Shown: positions 1 through 12,300, counted from the whole stretch's first letter. The stretch: 63,666 nucleotides of DNA, filler included, from 7 parts of 7 records of this genome joined end to end with filler, not necessarily neighbours in it; one strand, 5' to 3'. Translations and numbers: made by a program. The notes: generated from the sequence alone by a model not told the origin.

Positions 1-10
1 TGAAAACCAC

Positions 11-217
11 ATGCAGGTTAGTGTTCGCGATAACAACGTCGATCAAGCGCTGCGCGCCCTGAAGAAAAAACTTCAGCGCGAGGGTGTGTTTCGTGAAATG
101 AAGCTTAAGCAACATTTCGAGAAGCCTTCCGTCAAGAAAGCACGCGAGAAAGCCGAAGCGATCCGCCGTTCCCGGAAACTGGCGCGGAAAAAATTGCAAC
201 GCGAAGGCATGATGTAA
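11..217 (+). CDS. rpsU: 30S ribosomal protein S21
   Basis: [25 protein letters not shown]...HFEKPS is the alphaproteobacterial S21 signature. Confidence 0.97.
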   Translation: MQVSVRDNNVDQALRALKKKLQREGVFREMKLKQHFEKPSVKKAREKAEAIRRSRKLARKKLQREGMM

Positions 218-244
218 ATCATACCGAGTGTCGTATAAGAATAT

Positions 245-282
245 GAACCCCCGATACCCTTAGGTGCCGGGGGTTTTATTTT
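245..282 (+). terminator. Probable intrinsic terminator after rpsU
   Basis: AACCCCCG...CGGGGGTT hairpin followed by TTATTTT. Confidence 0.65.
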
Positions 283-294
283 GGCTGATGCAGC

Positions 295-1023
295 TTAGTC
301 AGCGGTGATCCATGCCTGTGCCGCTTCAAAATCGTTCTTGTCGAAATACCGCGCGTCTTTGCCGATCAGACGTTTGACGATCTGAACAACCATCGCTTCC
401 CACTTTGAATCGCCCACCACAGCGGCGCGATCCAGCTGGCCCGCATGGTCACGGACAAGGCCGAAATGCGCAGCCATTGCGCTGAGCCCCTGCCAACCGT
501 CAAAGCGTCTGATATCGAGCAGCAACCGAAAGCGGTCGTTCTTGCGGATAAAGGCGTTCATGTCTTCGATCTCGGAGGCGTATACATCCGCATCGATTTT
601 ACCCAACAATTCGACATGCAGCGCACCGGCACCCAAATCTGTTTGATGAATGGCACCCAGCGATTCGAACAACCACAGGCGGGCATCGTCCTCGTGCCAT
701 TTTCCGAACACCGACACAGGGCACGGCATCAAAATCGAAAACGCACGAACCAGCCGTGTCATCGCCTTGTTTGCGGTGACGATCGCAACCCTTTCAAAGC
801 CGCTCCAGTTACCGATGCCCATTTTCGCATCATCCCAAAGCGCGCCCATGGTAAAGTCGGTCATGTCGGCGTCTATCACCACCAACATCCGCAGCTTTTC
901 GCCTTTGGCCAACGCGGCATCCAGCGCAGGCATCAATACTTCGCTATAGTCTTTATCAGTAATCGGTGCCTTCATATGCACCTCTAGCAGGTTCTCCTGC
1001 GTTCCAGATTGGACCTCAATCAT
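295..1023 (-). CDS. Tandem SpoIIAA-like (STAS/SEC14) domain protein
   Basis: Two similar halves (LRMLVVID...ALWDDAK...ERVAIV and FRLLLDI...DRAAVVGD...AQAWI). Start moved to ATG at 1023, which has a GGAGA RBS; the longer ORF overlaps the Lrp gene. Confidence 0.8.
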   Translation of the reverse strand: MIEVQSGTQENLLEVHMKAPITDKDYSEVLMPALDAALAKGEKLRMLVVIDADMTDFTMGALWDDAKMGIGNWSGFERVAIVTANKAMTRLVRAFSILMPCPVSVFGKWHEDDARLWLFESLGAIHQTDLGAGALHVELLGKIDADVYASEIEDMNAFIRKNDRFRLLLDIRRFDGWQGLSAMAAHFGLVRDHAGQLDRAAVVGDSKWEAMVVQIVKRLIGKDARYFDKNDFEAAQAWITAD

Positions 1024-1102
1024 TGTCTTTTCTCCCTTAGAGTACCCCACCTTGCTAAGGGACTTGTGAAGGCGCACGTTGATCTGGATCAACGCCTCAC
1101 AT

Positions 1103-1561
1103 TCACACAGGCAAAGCGGTGGTATTGCAGACCGTGCGCAAGGCAAAGCTGGATTGCATTTGCCCGACGCCGGGCAAGCGGGCCAGAAACTGACGGTGGA
1201 TGCGCGCGAAATCTTCGGTGTTTTCAGCGACAACCTTAAGCAGGTAATCAGCCGATCCCGCCATCAGATGACATTCAAGCACAGCAGGTATCCGCGCCAC
1301 GGCCTTTTCAAACGCATCCAACACCTCGTCCGCCTGCCCTTGCAAGGTGATTTCAACAAACACAGTGGTGGGCACGCCCATCTTCCGCGCATTCAGCAAG
1401 GCGACGTAGCCCTGAATGTAGCCTTCGTTCTCAAGCTGCTGCACGCGTCTGTGGCAGGCCGAGGGGGACAGATGCACCTGTTCGGAAAGGTCTGAATTCG
1501 ACATCCGCCCCTTGCGTTGCAGGGCGGTCAGAATGCGGCGATCAATATCATCCAAGCTCAT
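1103..1561 (-). CDS. Lrp/AsnC family regulator, probably controlling ald
   Basis: LDDIDRRILTALQ...LSPSACHRRV HTH and ECHLMAGSADYLLKV RAM domain; divergent from ald. Confidence 0.93.
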   Translation of the reverse strand: MSLDDIDRRILTALQRKGRMSNSDLSEQVHLSPSACHRRVQQLENEGYIQGYVALLNARKMGVPTTVFVEITLQGQADEVLDAFEKAVARIPAVLECHLMAGSADYLLKVVAENTEDFARIHRQFLARLPGVGQMQSSFALRTVCNTTALPV

Positions 1562-1703
1562 CTATGCAATACTCTCTTACTAATTAGTCAATTCATCGCA
1601 GATTATTCTAATTGTGGGCCACAAGGCGACCCATAATCAGTGTCTAATTTCATTTTAACGGGCGTATTTTGGCGAACAGACTCACCCCAACAGGATACAC
1701 CCC

Positions 1704-2822
1704 ATGAAAATCGGTTGCCCAAAAGAGATCAAGCCACAGGAATTTCGCGTCGGCATGACGCCGAATGCCGCATTCGAGGCCGTGAATAACGGTCACGAGG
1801 TTATCATCGAAACTGGCGCAGGCGTTGGCGCAGGTTTTGAAGATACCGATTACATCGAGGCAGGTGCCAAAATCATCGCCACTGCCGCCGAGATTTTCGC
1901 GGCCGCAGACATGATCGTCAAAGTCAAAGAACCCCAAGCGGTCGAACGTAAGATGCTGCGCGAAGGGCAAATCCTGTTCACCTATCTGCACCTTGCCCCC
2001 GACGCAGAACAAACCAAAGACCTGTTGGCCTCTGGTGCGACCTGCATTGCCTATGAAACCGTAACCGACCGCAGCGGCGGCCTGCCTTTGCTTGCCCCCA
2101 TGTCCGAAGTTGCGGGCCGTCTGGCCCCCCAAGTTGGCGCGTGGACCTTGCAAAAGGCAAACGGCGGACGCGGCGTGTTGATGGGCGGCGTTCCCGGCGT
2201 TGGCCCTGCGCGGGTTGTTGTGATCGGCGGCGGCGTTGTGGGTACACATGCAGCGCGGATTGCGGCAGGTATGGGTGCGGATGTCACCGTGCTTGACCGG
2301 TCCCTGCCCCGCTTGCGCTATCTTGACGATGTTTATGGCGGCACGTTCAAGACGTCTTATGCGTCTGCGGGCAATACCATTGAACTGGCCCGCGCCGCCG
2401 ACATGATTATCGGTGCCGTGCTGATCCCCGGTGCAGCCGCGCCCAAATTGATCAGCCGCGCCCAGTTGTCCGAGCTAAAGCCCGGCGCCGTGTTGGTTGA
2501 CGTGGCCATTGACCAAGGGGGTTGCTTTGAAACCTCCAAGGCCACCACACACCAAGACCCGATTTATGAGGTCGACGGCATCATGCATTACTGCGTTGCC
2601 AACATGCCGGGTGCGGTTGCACGCACATCCACGATCGCACTTGGCAATGCGACGATGCCGTTCATGCTGGCACTGGCCAACAAGGGCTGGAAGAAAGCCT
2701 GCGCAGACGATGCGCACCTTAAGGCCGGGCTGAACGTTCACGCGGGTCAATTGACCTATGCGGCCGTCGCCGAAGCGCTTGGCCTTGAAAGCATCACCGC
2801 CGACCAAGCCATTGCCCGCTGA
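1704..2822 (+). CDS. ald: Alanine dehydrogenase
   Basis: MKIGCPKEIK...EFRVG, FTYLHLA, PMSEVAGR, GGGVVG, DVAIDQGGC, YCVANMPGAV. Confidence 0.97.
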   Translation: MKIGCPKEIKPQEFRVGMTPNAAFEAVNNGHEVIIETGAGVGAGFEDTDYIEAGAKIIATAAEIFAAADMIVKVKEPQAVERKMLREGQILFTYLHLAPDAEQTKDLLASGATCIAYETVTDRSGGLPLLAPMSEVAGRLAPQVGAWTLQKANGGRGVLMGGVPGVGPARVVVIGGGVVGTHAARIAAGMGADVTVLDRSLPRLRYLDDVYGGTFKTSYASAGNTIELARAADMIIGAVLIPGAAAPKLISRAQLSELKPGAVLVDVAIDQGGCFETSKATTHQDPIYEVDGIMHYCVANMPGAVARTSTIALGNATMPFMLALANKGWKKACADDAHLKAGLNVHAGQLTYAAVAEALGLESITADQAIAR

Positions 2823-2840
2823 TCAACGACGATGAATGCA

Positions 2841-2870
2841 AAAGGCCCGCAGGTGACTGCGGGCCTTTCT
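2841..2870. terminator. Bidirectional terminator between convergent ald and mscL
   Basis: 12-bp inverted repeat AAAGGCCCGCAG / CTGCGGGCCTTT. Confidence 0.8.
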
Positions 2871-2892
2871 CGTTCCGACAAACGGAAACGAA

Positions 2893-3324
2893 TTACTTCT
2901 TGGCGAGCGAGTCGCGGATTTGCAAAAGAACGTCCAGCTCGGATGGGCCGGTTTCGACTTCTGGTGCGACTTCTTGTGGGCCTTCGGCTGCGGCTTTCAT
3001 CTTGTTGACAGCCTTAACCAGCATGAACACAACAAATGCGATGATCAGGAAGTTGATGCAGGCAGTGATGAACGCGCCGTAAGCAAAGATCGCAGCGCCA
3101 GTTTCGCGTGCGGCGTCAAGGCCGATACCCGCTGGTACATCGCCGGACAGAACAGCGTAAAGGCTGGTAAAGTCAGCGCCGCCCAAAACCAGGCCGATGA
3201 TCGGGTTGATCAGATCGCTGACCAGCGAGCTAACGATCGCAGTGAACGCAGCACCGATGATGATACCGACGGCCAGATCCATAACATTGCCCTTGGCAAT
3301 GAAGTCCTTGAATTCTTGAAGCAT
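2893..3324 (-). CDS. mscL: Large-conductance mechanosensitive channel
   Basis: [43 protein letters not shown]; start set at MLQEF. Confidence 0.96.
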   Translation of the reverse strand: MLQEFKDFIAKGNVMDLAVGIIIGAAFTAIVSSLVSDLINPIIGLVLGGADFTSLYAVLSGDVPAGIGLDAARETGAAIFAYGAFITACINFLIIAFVVFMLVKAVNKMKAAAEGPQEVAPEVETGPSELDVLLQIRDSLAKK

Positions 3325-3485
3325 AGTATGTCCCTCATGTTTTATTATCCGCACGCTTTTACGTATGTTAACGGCGCGTGCAGCCCGTTAGCACAGGTTG
3401 CACCAATTACGAGCATTTATTTTAAGAAAACACGTAAAATAGACGAAATAATGTAAATACCGGCAAATTCACGCCAGTTAAGGGC

Positions 3486-3935
3486 CTAAACGGGTAGTTT
3501 CCCGGTCAAAACGTACCGCAAGATCTGAACGACTTGCGCTGGCTCTTGGGCGACGGCCAAAGCTGCGGCATCGACCTCTTTCAAGGCATGGGCGTGATCG
3601 GGGCCATGCAGGATCACCAGCGATTTACCTAATGCCGCGGCATACCCCGCGTCAAAAGCTGCGTTCCATTGCTTGTACTGGTCCCCGAACCGCACAACGA
3701 CCACATCGGCCATTTCAATGCCCTTGCGCGTCCGGATCGCGTTTAGCTGCGCACCTTTGCGATCATGCCAAAATTTATCCGCTTCGGCCCCCATGATGGC
3801 AACGCCGCAATCGTCGCTGGCCGCATGATCCGTAACCGGGCTGTCAAAGCTGACATCCAGATCGGCAGCACCATTGATGATCTGCTCGCGCCAGTCGGTG
3901 TGAATTTCACCGGACAAATACACATTCAATGTCAT
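3486..3935 (-). CDS. YtoQ family protein
   Basis: VYLSGEIHTDWRE...RFGDQYKQWNAAFDAGYAAALGK...HALKEVDAAA. Confidence 0.88.
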   Translation of the reverse strand: MTLNVYLSGEIHTDWREQIINGAADLDVSFDSPVTDHAASDDCGVAIMGAEADKFWHDRKGAQLNAIRTRKGIEMADVVVVRFGDQYKQWNAAFDAGYAAALGKSLVILHGPDHAHALKEVDAAALAVAQEPAQVVQILRYVLTGKLPV

Positions 3936-3950
3936 GTCGAATTACTCCCC

Positions 3951-6350
3951 TTAACCGCGCAGAACGCCGCCTGTGGCTTTGGTTACTTTCTCGACCACCT
4001 TGGCCCCGACAGCTTCGATATCGGCATCTTTCAAGGTTTGCTCAACCGGTTGCATCCGCACAGTCAACGCGAGCGATTTTTTGCCCTCGCCCAAAGCACC
4101 GCCGATGAATTCATCGAATACACGCACGTCATCAATCAGCGCCTTATCCGCGCCCATCGCGGCGTTCACCAATGTCATCGCATCGATATCGGCATCCACC
4201 ACAAAGGCGAAATCGCGCTCAACGGCTTGCAATGCGCTGGTTTTCAGCGCCGGTCGCGTCGCGCCAACTTTGCGTGGCAACGGCACCTCGGCTGGCCAGA
4301 TGGTAAAGCCCATTGCCGGGCCTTTCACATCCAATGCGGCCAGCACGCGGGGGTGAATTTCACCAAACACACCCAGCACCTTTTTTGGCCCAAGGCAGAT
4401 TTGTCCGTGACGCCCCGGATGCCACCATTCGGCGCCGTTGCGGTTGATCTGCACCTTGGCAGGCGCGCCGATGGCGGACAGTACCGCTTCGATATCGGCC
4501 TTCACGTCGAACAGATCGACGGGCCGGGATGCGCCATGCACATCCTTTGGACCTGTGCGCCCGATCAACACGCCGCTGACCTGCAAGTGCTGTTCACCGG
4601 GTTCGCCGCCGGTGAACACCGGACCTACCTCGAACAGGGCCATGTCAGGGAAACCGCGTGCCTGATTGCGCGCAACGGCTTGCAACAACGCGGGCAGCAA
4701 GGCCGGGCGCATGTGGCTCATGTCATTGCTGATCGGGTTCTCAAGACGGGTCTCGTCGGTTCCCCCACCAAACAGCGCGGCAGAGGGCTGATCGATAAAG
4801 CTGTATGACACGCATTCGTTATACCCCAACGCAGCACAGGCACGGCGCGCGGCGGCCTCGCGGCGCTGCGCCGGTGACAGGATCGGTTTGGGAATACCTG
4901 TCGTCAGACGCGGCAAGGGGCGTCCTTCGAGTTTGGTGAGCGATGCAATGCGTGCGACTTCTTCGACCAAATCAGCCTCGCCCTGCACATCGGGGCGCCA
5001 GCTGGGGACATGGGCCATGTTCCCCTCAAGACGGAAGCCAAGCGACGTCAATGTCTTGCGTTGGTCTGCCTCGGAAATGGTCATGCCCACAAGCGACTGC
5101 ACCCGCGCGGCATCCAACTTATACGCCCGCGAGAAATCAGGCACCTTGCCAGCAACCACAACTTCGGACGCTTCGCCGCCTGCATTATCAAGGATCATCC
5201 GCGTGGCATGTTCGATCGCGTAAGGCGTCCATTCAGGGTCGATACCGCGTTCAAAACGATACCGTGCATCCGAATTGATCTTGAGCGCGCGGCCCGTATA
5301 GGCGGTGCGCACCGGATCGAAATAAGCCGCTTCGACAAAGACATTCACAGTATCCATGGAACAGCCGGTCTCGGCTCCGCCCATAACGCCCGCGATGCTT
5401 TCGACCTTTTCAGCGTCAGAAATCAGCGTCATGCCTTCGGTAAATGTGTATTCCTTGTCATCCAGACCCAACAAAGTCTCGCCGCCCTTGGCACGATGAA
5501 CGCGCAGCGTGTTACCCGCGATTTTATCGGCGTCAAAGACGTGCAAAGGCCGGTTGCGGTCATAGGTGAAAAAGTTGGTCACATCGACAAGGAACGAAAT
5601 CGGGCGCAACCCGATGGCGCGCAACGCGTCTTGCAGCCACACAGGCGACGGGCCGTTCTTAACGCCACGGATCACGCGACCGTAAAAGACGGGGCATTGG
5701 TCCAACGTATCTTCGTCGATGGACACTGTGACCGGGCAGGGAAATGTCCCCTCGACAGCGGGGATGTCACGTTTTTTCAGCGTACCCAAACCACGGGCCG
5801 CCAGATCACGTGCAATGCCGCGCACGCCCAATGCATCGGGGCGGTTCGGGGTAATGGCGATCTCGATCACCGGATCGACCTTGGCGGGGTCATTTTCGGC
5901 AAGCCAGTCGATGAAACGATCCCCGACATTGCCCGATGGAAGTTCGATAATGCCGTCATGCTCTTCGGACAGTTCCAGCTCGCGCTCGGACGCCATCATG
6001 CCAAAGCTTTCGATGCCACGGATTTTGCCAACACCAATCGTTGTATCAATACCCGGCACATAGACGCCCGGCTTGGCCACAACCACGGTGATGCCTTCGC
6101 GGGCGTTGGGGGCACCGCAAATGATCTGCTGAACACCCTCGTCGGTTTCAACCTGACACACACGCAGACGGTCTGCATCGGGATGCTTTTCCGCAGACTT
6201 CACATAGCCCAAGGTAAAATCCGCCAGTTTGGCACCGCGATCTTCGACGCCTTCAACCTCGAGGCCCAGATCGGTCAGCGCATAGGTGATTTCATCAACC
6301 GACGCCGTGGTGTCGAGATGATCCTTTAGCCAAGAGAGTGTGAATTTCAT
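3951..6350 (-). CDS. pheT: Phenylalanine-tRNA ligase beta subunit
   Basis: MKFTLSWLK, KHPDADRL, CGAPN, ITPNRPD, RFERG, DLVEEVAR, C-terminal FDX-ACB domain. Confidence 0.98.
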   Translation of the reverse strand: MKFTLSWLKDHLDTTASVDEITYALTDLGLEVEGVEDRGAKLADFTLGYVKSAEKHPDADRLRVCQVETDEGVQQIICGAPNAREGITVVVAKPGVYVPGIDTTIGVGKIRGIESFGMMASERELELSEEHDGIIELPSGNVGDRFIDWLAENDPAKVDPVIEIAITPNRPDALGVRGIARDLAARGLGTLKKRDIPAVEGTFPCPVTVSIDEDTLDQCPVFYGRVIRGVKNGPSPVWLQDALRAIGLRPISFLVDVTNFFTYDRNRPLHVFDADKIAGNTLRVHRAKGGETLLGLDDKEYTFTEGMTLISDAEKVESIAGVMGGAETGCSMDTVNVFVEAAYFDPVRTAYTGRALKINSDARYRFERGIDPEWTPYAIEHATRMILDNAGGEASEVVVAGKVPDFSRAYKLDAARVQSLVGMTISEADQRKTLTSLGFRLEGNMAHVPSWRPDVQGEADLVEEVARIASLTKLEGRPLPRLTTGIPKPILSPAQRREAAARRACAALGYNECVSYSFIDQPSAALFGGGTDETRLENPISNDMSHMRPALLPALLQAVARNQARGFPDMALFEVGPVFTGGEPGEQHLQVSGVLIGRTGPKDVHGASRPVDLFDVKADIEAVLSAIGAPAKVQINRNGAEWWHPGRHGQICLGPKKVLGVFGEIHPRVLAALDVKGPAMGFTIWPAEVPLPRKVGATRPALKTSALQAVERDFAFVVDADIDAMTLVNAAMGADKALIDDVRVFDEFIGGALGEGKKSLALTVRMQPVEQTLKDADIEAVGAKVVEKVTKATGGVLRG

Positions 6351-6424
6351 CGGGTCAATCCTCGTGCAAATGCTTGGGCTAGGGCGTACCGCTTAATCTG
6401 CGCGGGTTCAATGCGGTTAGCGCG

Positions 6425-7035
6425 TCATTCACGCGCCATCAGGTCATCCAACTGCGTGCCCAGCCAGTGTTCAGGAATAAAATGCCCGCCTGAATGCACA
6501 TCCAGCGTTACCTTGCGGCCCTGGCTGCACGTGTCCCAGACGATGTTCGTCGCTTCGGTATTGGCGCGGATCAGCCAATGTCGGGTAATCTTGCCCTGAC
6601 CGCAGCGAAAGGTTTTACGCCACAGCGCGACAGCGTTGGTTGCATCATGGCCGGGGCCACGCGGCAGGCTCATCCAGATGTCTTTCAGACCATGTACATG
6701 GCGCACTTGACCGGGCGGGTTCGGGCACGGGGTCGCCTGCGGGATCGTGCCCGACATGGTCATCAGCCCCGCAATCCGGTCGCCCCGCACACAGGCATAA
6801 CGCCACGCCATCGCCGCCCCGAATGAAAATCCCGAGATGTAAATCTGGTCTGGGTCTACCGGATAGCGCGCCGCCACATCGGCCAGCACGGCATCGGCAA
6901 AGTCGATGTCGGCAGGGTCGTCCTGCCAGAACCGCCACGCTCGGTTTTGCGCAGATGGGGCGATGAGCATGACCCCACGCGGTCTGGTTTCAATACCGAT
7001 GCGCGGGTGGTTCACCACCGTCTTGCCGCGCCGCA
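6425..7035 (-). CDS. Alpha/beta hydrolase of the PHB depolymerase/LpqC type, 5'-truncated
   Basis: GFSFGA nucleophile elbow, HVHGLKD, GGH; runs to the contig edge. Confidence 0.75.
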
Positions 7036-7135
7036 NNNNNNNNNNNNNNNNNNNNNNNNNNNNNNNNNNNNNNNNNNNNTTAATTAATTAANNNNNNNNN
7101 NNNNNNNNNNNNNNNNNNNNNNNNNNNNNNNNNNN
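7036..7135. other. Artificial contig linker
   Basis: N44-TTAATTAATTAA-N44, giving stops in all six frames. Confidence 0.99.
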
Positions 7136-7200
7136 CTCACTCACTCACTCACTCGCTCATCACTCGTTCACTCGTTGACTCGCTCGCTGACTCAACTCAA
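7136..7200. repeat. (CTCA)n-like low-complexity microsatellite at the eukaryotic contig start
   Basis: ctcactcactcactcactcgctcatcactcgttcactc. Confidence 0.8.
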
Positions 7201-8978
7201 ACTCAAACTCCTCTGCTTCCAGTGTACAGGCTTGTTCGTGGTGTTGTGCTTGTTCCTAGTGTGTTCCTGTTCGTGGTGTCGTTCTTGTTATTGCTCTCTT
7301 TCCTCTCATCTGCTACTTGTCAGCCCGACCGCCGATCCGCTGCACAGAAGCAGAAGTTCTCTCGTCCTCCCCCGGGGTTCATGTTCCATACAAACTGCAG
7401 CACGAAGGCGCGAACAACCATGATGACGCGGCTATTGTTGTCATGTCAAATCCTCCCCGCGTTTCAAGACATCAAGTGACTTCAATTCTACGTGTGTGCG
7501 GACTTGAAGCCCTTGTACGAGTTTGTCCGCCGTGCATGTGGCCAGTCTGCGAATTAGATCGAAATGTCAACAACAACAAACTGGCGAAAAGCTAAAACAA
7601 ATGCTTTGAGCACTTCGTCAGAGACCGTTTTTAATATATTATTTTATAAATTCGATTGGTCGGGCGTGGTAGCACGCGAAACGAAGACGAAGCACGCCCA
7701 CAACAGCACGCACACACCAGGCTCGCAAACACAAAGCAACGTCGCATAGTCGGCGAGTGCCATAAGATTGCCCTGGTGGATGACGACGTGCAGTTTGATG
7801 CAGAGGCTGCGGAGCTTTGTAGATAGCACATCTTCAATGATTTCTCGAAGGTGGCGTTGGGTGGAACAGAGAACAGCAGTTAGTTCAACCCATGCATTGC
7901 ACGCACATAACCATGCACTATGATGCTTTGCGGTGGTGCACTGCACCGTCTGCACCACTTGCAACGAACTGTCGAGTTGACCCGCGCTCGGCAGAGTTCT
8001 CCGCCTCAATCGTGAAATCGCTGAGTCGCTGCTTCCGGCACGTATGGTTGCTTGACTGCCTGTTGTACGCAAAACTTTTTGTCTGGGGCGATGGTGCATC
8101 AAACTGTGTGTATTGATGCGTACATTATACATTCCACACTACATGAAGGCTTAAATTTCGCTCGTTCGCTGAACGGTTGCTGCAAGATGTCGGGCCATTC
8201 CTTTGTGTGCCTGCTGTTCACTGTGCTGCACTGCTTTTTCGGTTTAGTTTTGACCCTGCCCTATATCTGCTATCTCTTTTCTGTGGGCACGTTTCGCCAC
8301 CAACTTTAAACAGCGCGCTTCTTGAAACAATGGGTGGACAAACACTCTGCTTGTACATGAGTTGCCTTTTTACCAATTTCTACTGCTGGCTAGGAGAACC
8401 GCAACCAGTACGATTCACTGATTGATGGCGAGCCTGCGTGCTGCGCGAAGCACGCGGCCCCTTCTCTGTACTAGTTCACCGGCCACTTTTCTGGGCTAGA
8501 TCACCACTGCGCTCCAGCCCTTGCGCACTGCCGCGCCGCGCCGCTGTTGATCACTCGCCTGCCTCGCCTCCGCGCCCGCTTCCGCTTCGCCTCCCGTGCA
8601 AGCCCTCTCCATGCCCACTCCACACGCCCCCTCCCTAATCTATTCACCTGCCGTCCTGCATCGAATCCCGCGCCCTTGTTGTTCAGCACACCTTCTCATT
8701 AGCTATAAGCACTTCTAACCATCCTCACACGGCGACGACACGGCGCCGATGCCGCTGTGTACACGCGGTCGACGGCGCGCTCGCTGCTGGCAATAGAGTG
8801 CTTTGCATCTTGGGGCCACATGCACATTTCTACACTCGTGGCCTGGACACGGTACCAGCCCAATAATAAGTAACGTGTTAGGCGTGACTCTTTCACTGTT
8901 GGCCTCCTTTGCGTGGTTGCCATTCCGGGCGCATTCTCATTTGTCGGTGCGCACTGGGGGGGTCTCTTGCGTGCTCAT

Positions 8979-9392
8979 TCAGTTGTCTGCAAACCGCACG
9001 AACGGCTGGTTCGAGCGCAGGTGTTGCTGCAGGTCGATCGTCACGACCTTCACGGACCCGGTCCTTGCGCGCAGCATAGCATCAGTTGCGCGCACGACTA
9101 CTACCTCGTACCTCCCAATGATACCGGGTTCCTGCGCCCGGGCAATCTTCTCGCACTGAAGCAGTTCGTTGACGGAAATTTGAAACGCAATGCGGTTTGG
9201 GGTGAGCTTCTTCACCTCGATGAAGCGCCGCAGCACGTTCTCAGCTTGGTGGATTTCCACAAAGATGTCGTACGGCAGCCCTTGCTCTGCTTCTGCGTTG
9301 CACCATTTCACCGTACTGTTCTTTGGCAGGCAAGCCTTCAGATGTTCGCTCACCAGGTACTCTGCTTGCAGTGCTGCTTGGCGAACAGACAG
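8979..9392 (-). other. DUF3883/NOV-C domain (PD-(D/E)xK-like), last exon of the NOV-like gene
   Basis: AEYLV...W.N...EQGLPYDI...RFIEVK...FQISVNEL. Confidence 0.75.
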
Positions 9393-12300
9393 CTGGACAC
9401 AACGCACGACCAATACAACAGTACAGTTTGTTCAGCTGTGTGTGTATGCGAGTTTGGCAAAAGCAGCGTAAGCTCAGCAGCACACACAAACCTTCTGCGA
9501 GAATGCACCGACACTGACATCTTCTGGGAAAAGTGCTGCTGGGCGGGACACCAGAGCTCTGTTATCCTCTTCGACTAAGACCGTGGACTTGTGCGTCTGC
9601 ATTTGCACGCGGGTCAACCGGGGTTGCCCAGGATCTGCGCCGGCGTCGGTGAAAATGGCGCGCTCTGGGATCAACCCGCTGCTGTCGCGCTCCCCAGCTG
9701 ACGGTTCGGGCATGTCAGATTTCTGCCCGCTGTCGCCTCCCGCGTTATGCGTCGTCCCACCCGCCCCTTCTCCGTTCACTTGTTCCTGGCCTTCGTCGCC
9801 GCGTGTGCGGTTGGTCGCGTGCTCGATTCCAAAGCTGATGATTCGCGGTGCGGCCAACGGGTTCGCCGGTCCGCTTCCACCGCCCGTTTTGGCAAGCCAG
9901 GAAATGTCTGGCTGCAACTCACGTGATAGGTCTTTGTTCTCTGCAAGCTCGCGCTCCAAAAGCTGGCGACGCTCGTTCTGCAGTTTTCTTTTGGCCCGCA
10001 CATTCTTAAAAAACTCCCCGTCGTCCTCGACATCGTCGGTGCGAATCGTCAGCGTGGGGCCGCCCAGGCGAGCACTGCGCATTAAATCGGCTGCAGGGAG
10101 CGGTGCATCTGTCACAAGCTCCTCGGCGCGCCCTGGGATGCTCTCGGCCATTGTTAGTGCCTCACTTGCGCCACTGCGCTTGTGGAAGCGCGGCGGTAGG
10201 AACCAGAGGTGTCCGTCACTCCCGTGCAGCACTGCCCACGGATTCGAGTCTTCAAGCAACTTGCTCTGCAGCACACCCAGCAGTTTGTGCATGACTGCCG
10301 TATTCTTCACGCTGCTGGGGAGCACGGCGTTCAACATGGCCTCCAGCACCGGTGCCAACTGAAGCCTGTTGTCGGCGTTGCCAAGTTCGCCATCGCACAT
10401 GCCTTCCAACATGCTTCGGGCCACATAAACAACAGGACGGGCATCGACTAAAGTCGAGAATGCCAGAAGCATTGTTGGCGATGACTCCAGTGCTGCCTTC
10501 GCTCCCGCAGGGTGCACCTTGTAGACCTGCCGAATGCTGTCGCAGAGCTGCACTTTTAAACACCGTAATCGCGTGATTGTCGGAAAAATGCGACCCGACC
10601 CATGCTCGGAGTTCTCCCCACGGTCGTTGTTTGAAGGCTGGGAAGTTGTGTCGGCCTCTGTCCGAATGCTTTGCAGTACATCGTGCTCTACGCCCTTGCT
10701 CAGCCGGTGTTGCAGTGCTACTTTGAAGAGGTCCATGAGCTCTTCCAGCTGCGGCATACCTGCATCCTCTCGTTGGGTTGCGGAGTCGCCATCCTCTCGC
10801 GGGTCCTGCACGGGCTCGGTAACGTCTTCCCAGGATGGTTCTTCAGTGATGAAACGTACCTCGAGCAGGTCAAAATGCTTTGACAGGCATGGGTGCAAGA
10901 AAAGTACTTCTTGCACCAACGAGAACCGCTCACAAATGGCTCTGCCAACAACGTCTTCGGGGCCGGCAAAACCATACACCCACTGAGATTGCTGGGATGC
11001 CGTAGCCAACTTCACAAAGGTGCCACGGGTGGTGGGCAGGAAAAGGTCATGCACTTCGCTCTGCTGCATGGCCAGGGCAACGGTTTTGCCGCGGAACCTC
11101 GTTGTGGAATCGCCGCTGGATGCATGCTTGTCTGGCTGCCCCGCGGAAATGACTTGTCCCAGAGCAACATCCAAGAGTTTGCAATAGCACTTGAAGTTAT
11201 GCACTCCTTTTTCACGATCAGGAAGTGCGAAGTCCGCGTACTTGAAGTGTGGGTTGCTCTTCGGGCGCCCCGGGAGCTGCGCAAACATCTGCATGTCCAG
11301 GGCGACGGCGTCCAAGCACTGCTTCTGGGCACCAGCGGGCGGACTCTTCGGCACCCCGAGGAAATACACAAAGAAATTCAGAACTGGGTCAAGGGGTGAG
11401 CGACCGTACACCCTCGACAACGTGAACCGAGGGATGGCCGCGGTAGCCATTGCGGCACTGCTCAGGCGGCAGTCCCCAAAGATGCGAAGCAGCCCTGACG
11501 GGTCGCTTAGCACGCAGTCATTAATGCGCTCGAACCGACCTTTGATCACCTGCTCAGGATATATCTCGCCTTCGCGGGCTGCGGGCACCCATACCCTTGG
11601 AGGCAGGCGGTGCGTCGTTGGGTCCTCCTTGCAAAAGAAGTTGTAGAGATGCCAAGCCTGTTTCGAATCGTGTGACATTGTTTCAGCAAATTCCGCAAAT
11701 CGCTTCATGACTGCCCGCATGTGGGATCCGGAGGTGTTAAACGACGTGAGTCGTGAGTTGCGCGCCCATTCACCCACAAGGTCCATGAGAATCTTGGTGT
11801 CGATGTTCTGTGTTACGTTCAGCAGCTGCGCCATGGTGTCATCGCACTTGATATCTGGGTGCGTGTATCTACATTGCATGCCGCGCACAGCCGGGTGGAC
11901 GTTGCTTGGTGAGTGGGGTTTCTTCACATGATTGCTCTTGGCATCATGAACGAAAGGTAATTTGCGTAAAACAAATTTGTGCATGGAAACGTACCGAACA
12001 AACGCAACTTGTCTGCCTGCGTGCGTCGAGACCGCGGTCAGCTTTTGCACTTCTTGAGAATGCTTGTCAAATAGGGACGCCGGCCGGCACAGCGGGAGCA
12101 GCGCGTGGTCACCCTCGCGCCCTTCTGCTGGTCCGCGCCGCAAGTCCTGGGCGGGAAGCCAGTACATGTGACGAAGCTGCTGCACCGCCAGAGATGGAAT
12201 GGCTTTTGACAATGACTGCGCGCGAGCGCCGCTGATCTTCATCAAAGCTTTACCAGATTGCGGCTGGATAGTACAGTTTGCGTGTTGAGCCAGGTTGCTT

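Noticed and set aside
1024-1233. N-terminal extension of the 312-aa ORF overlapping the Lrp gene
   Set aside because: A better start with an RBS exists at 1023; the extension is non-homologous.
3765-6329. Long plus-strand ORFs (347 and 439 aa) opposite pheT
   Set aside because: Antisense shadow ORFs expected from GC-rich codon bias; no protein motifs.
7720-8120. Protein-like plus-strand frame interrupted by TAG (...AAELCR*HIFNDFSK), as possible stop-codon reassignment
   Set aside because: No recognisable homology, and the well-supported eukaryotic genes here show no in-frame TAG; could be non-coding or a decayed gene.
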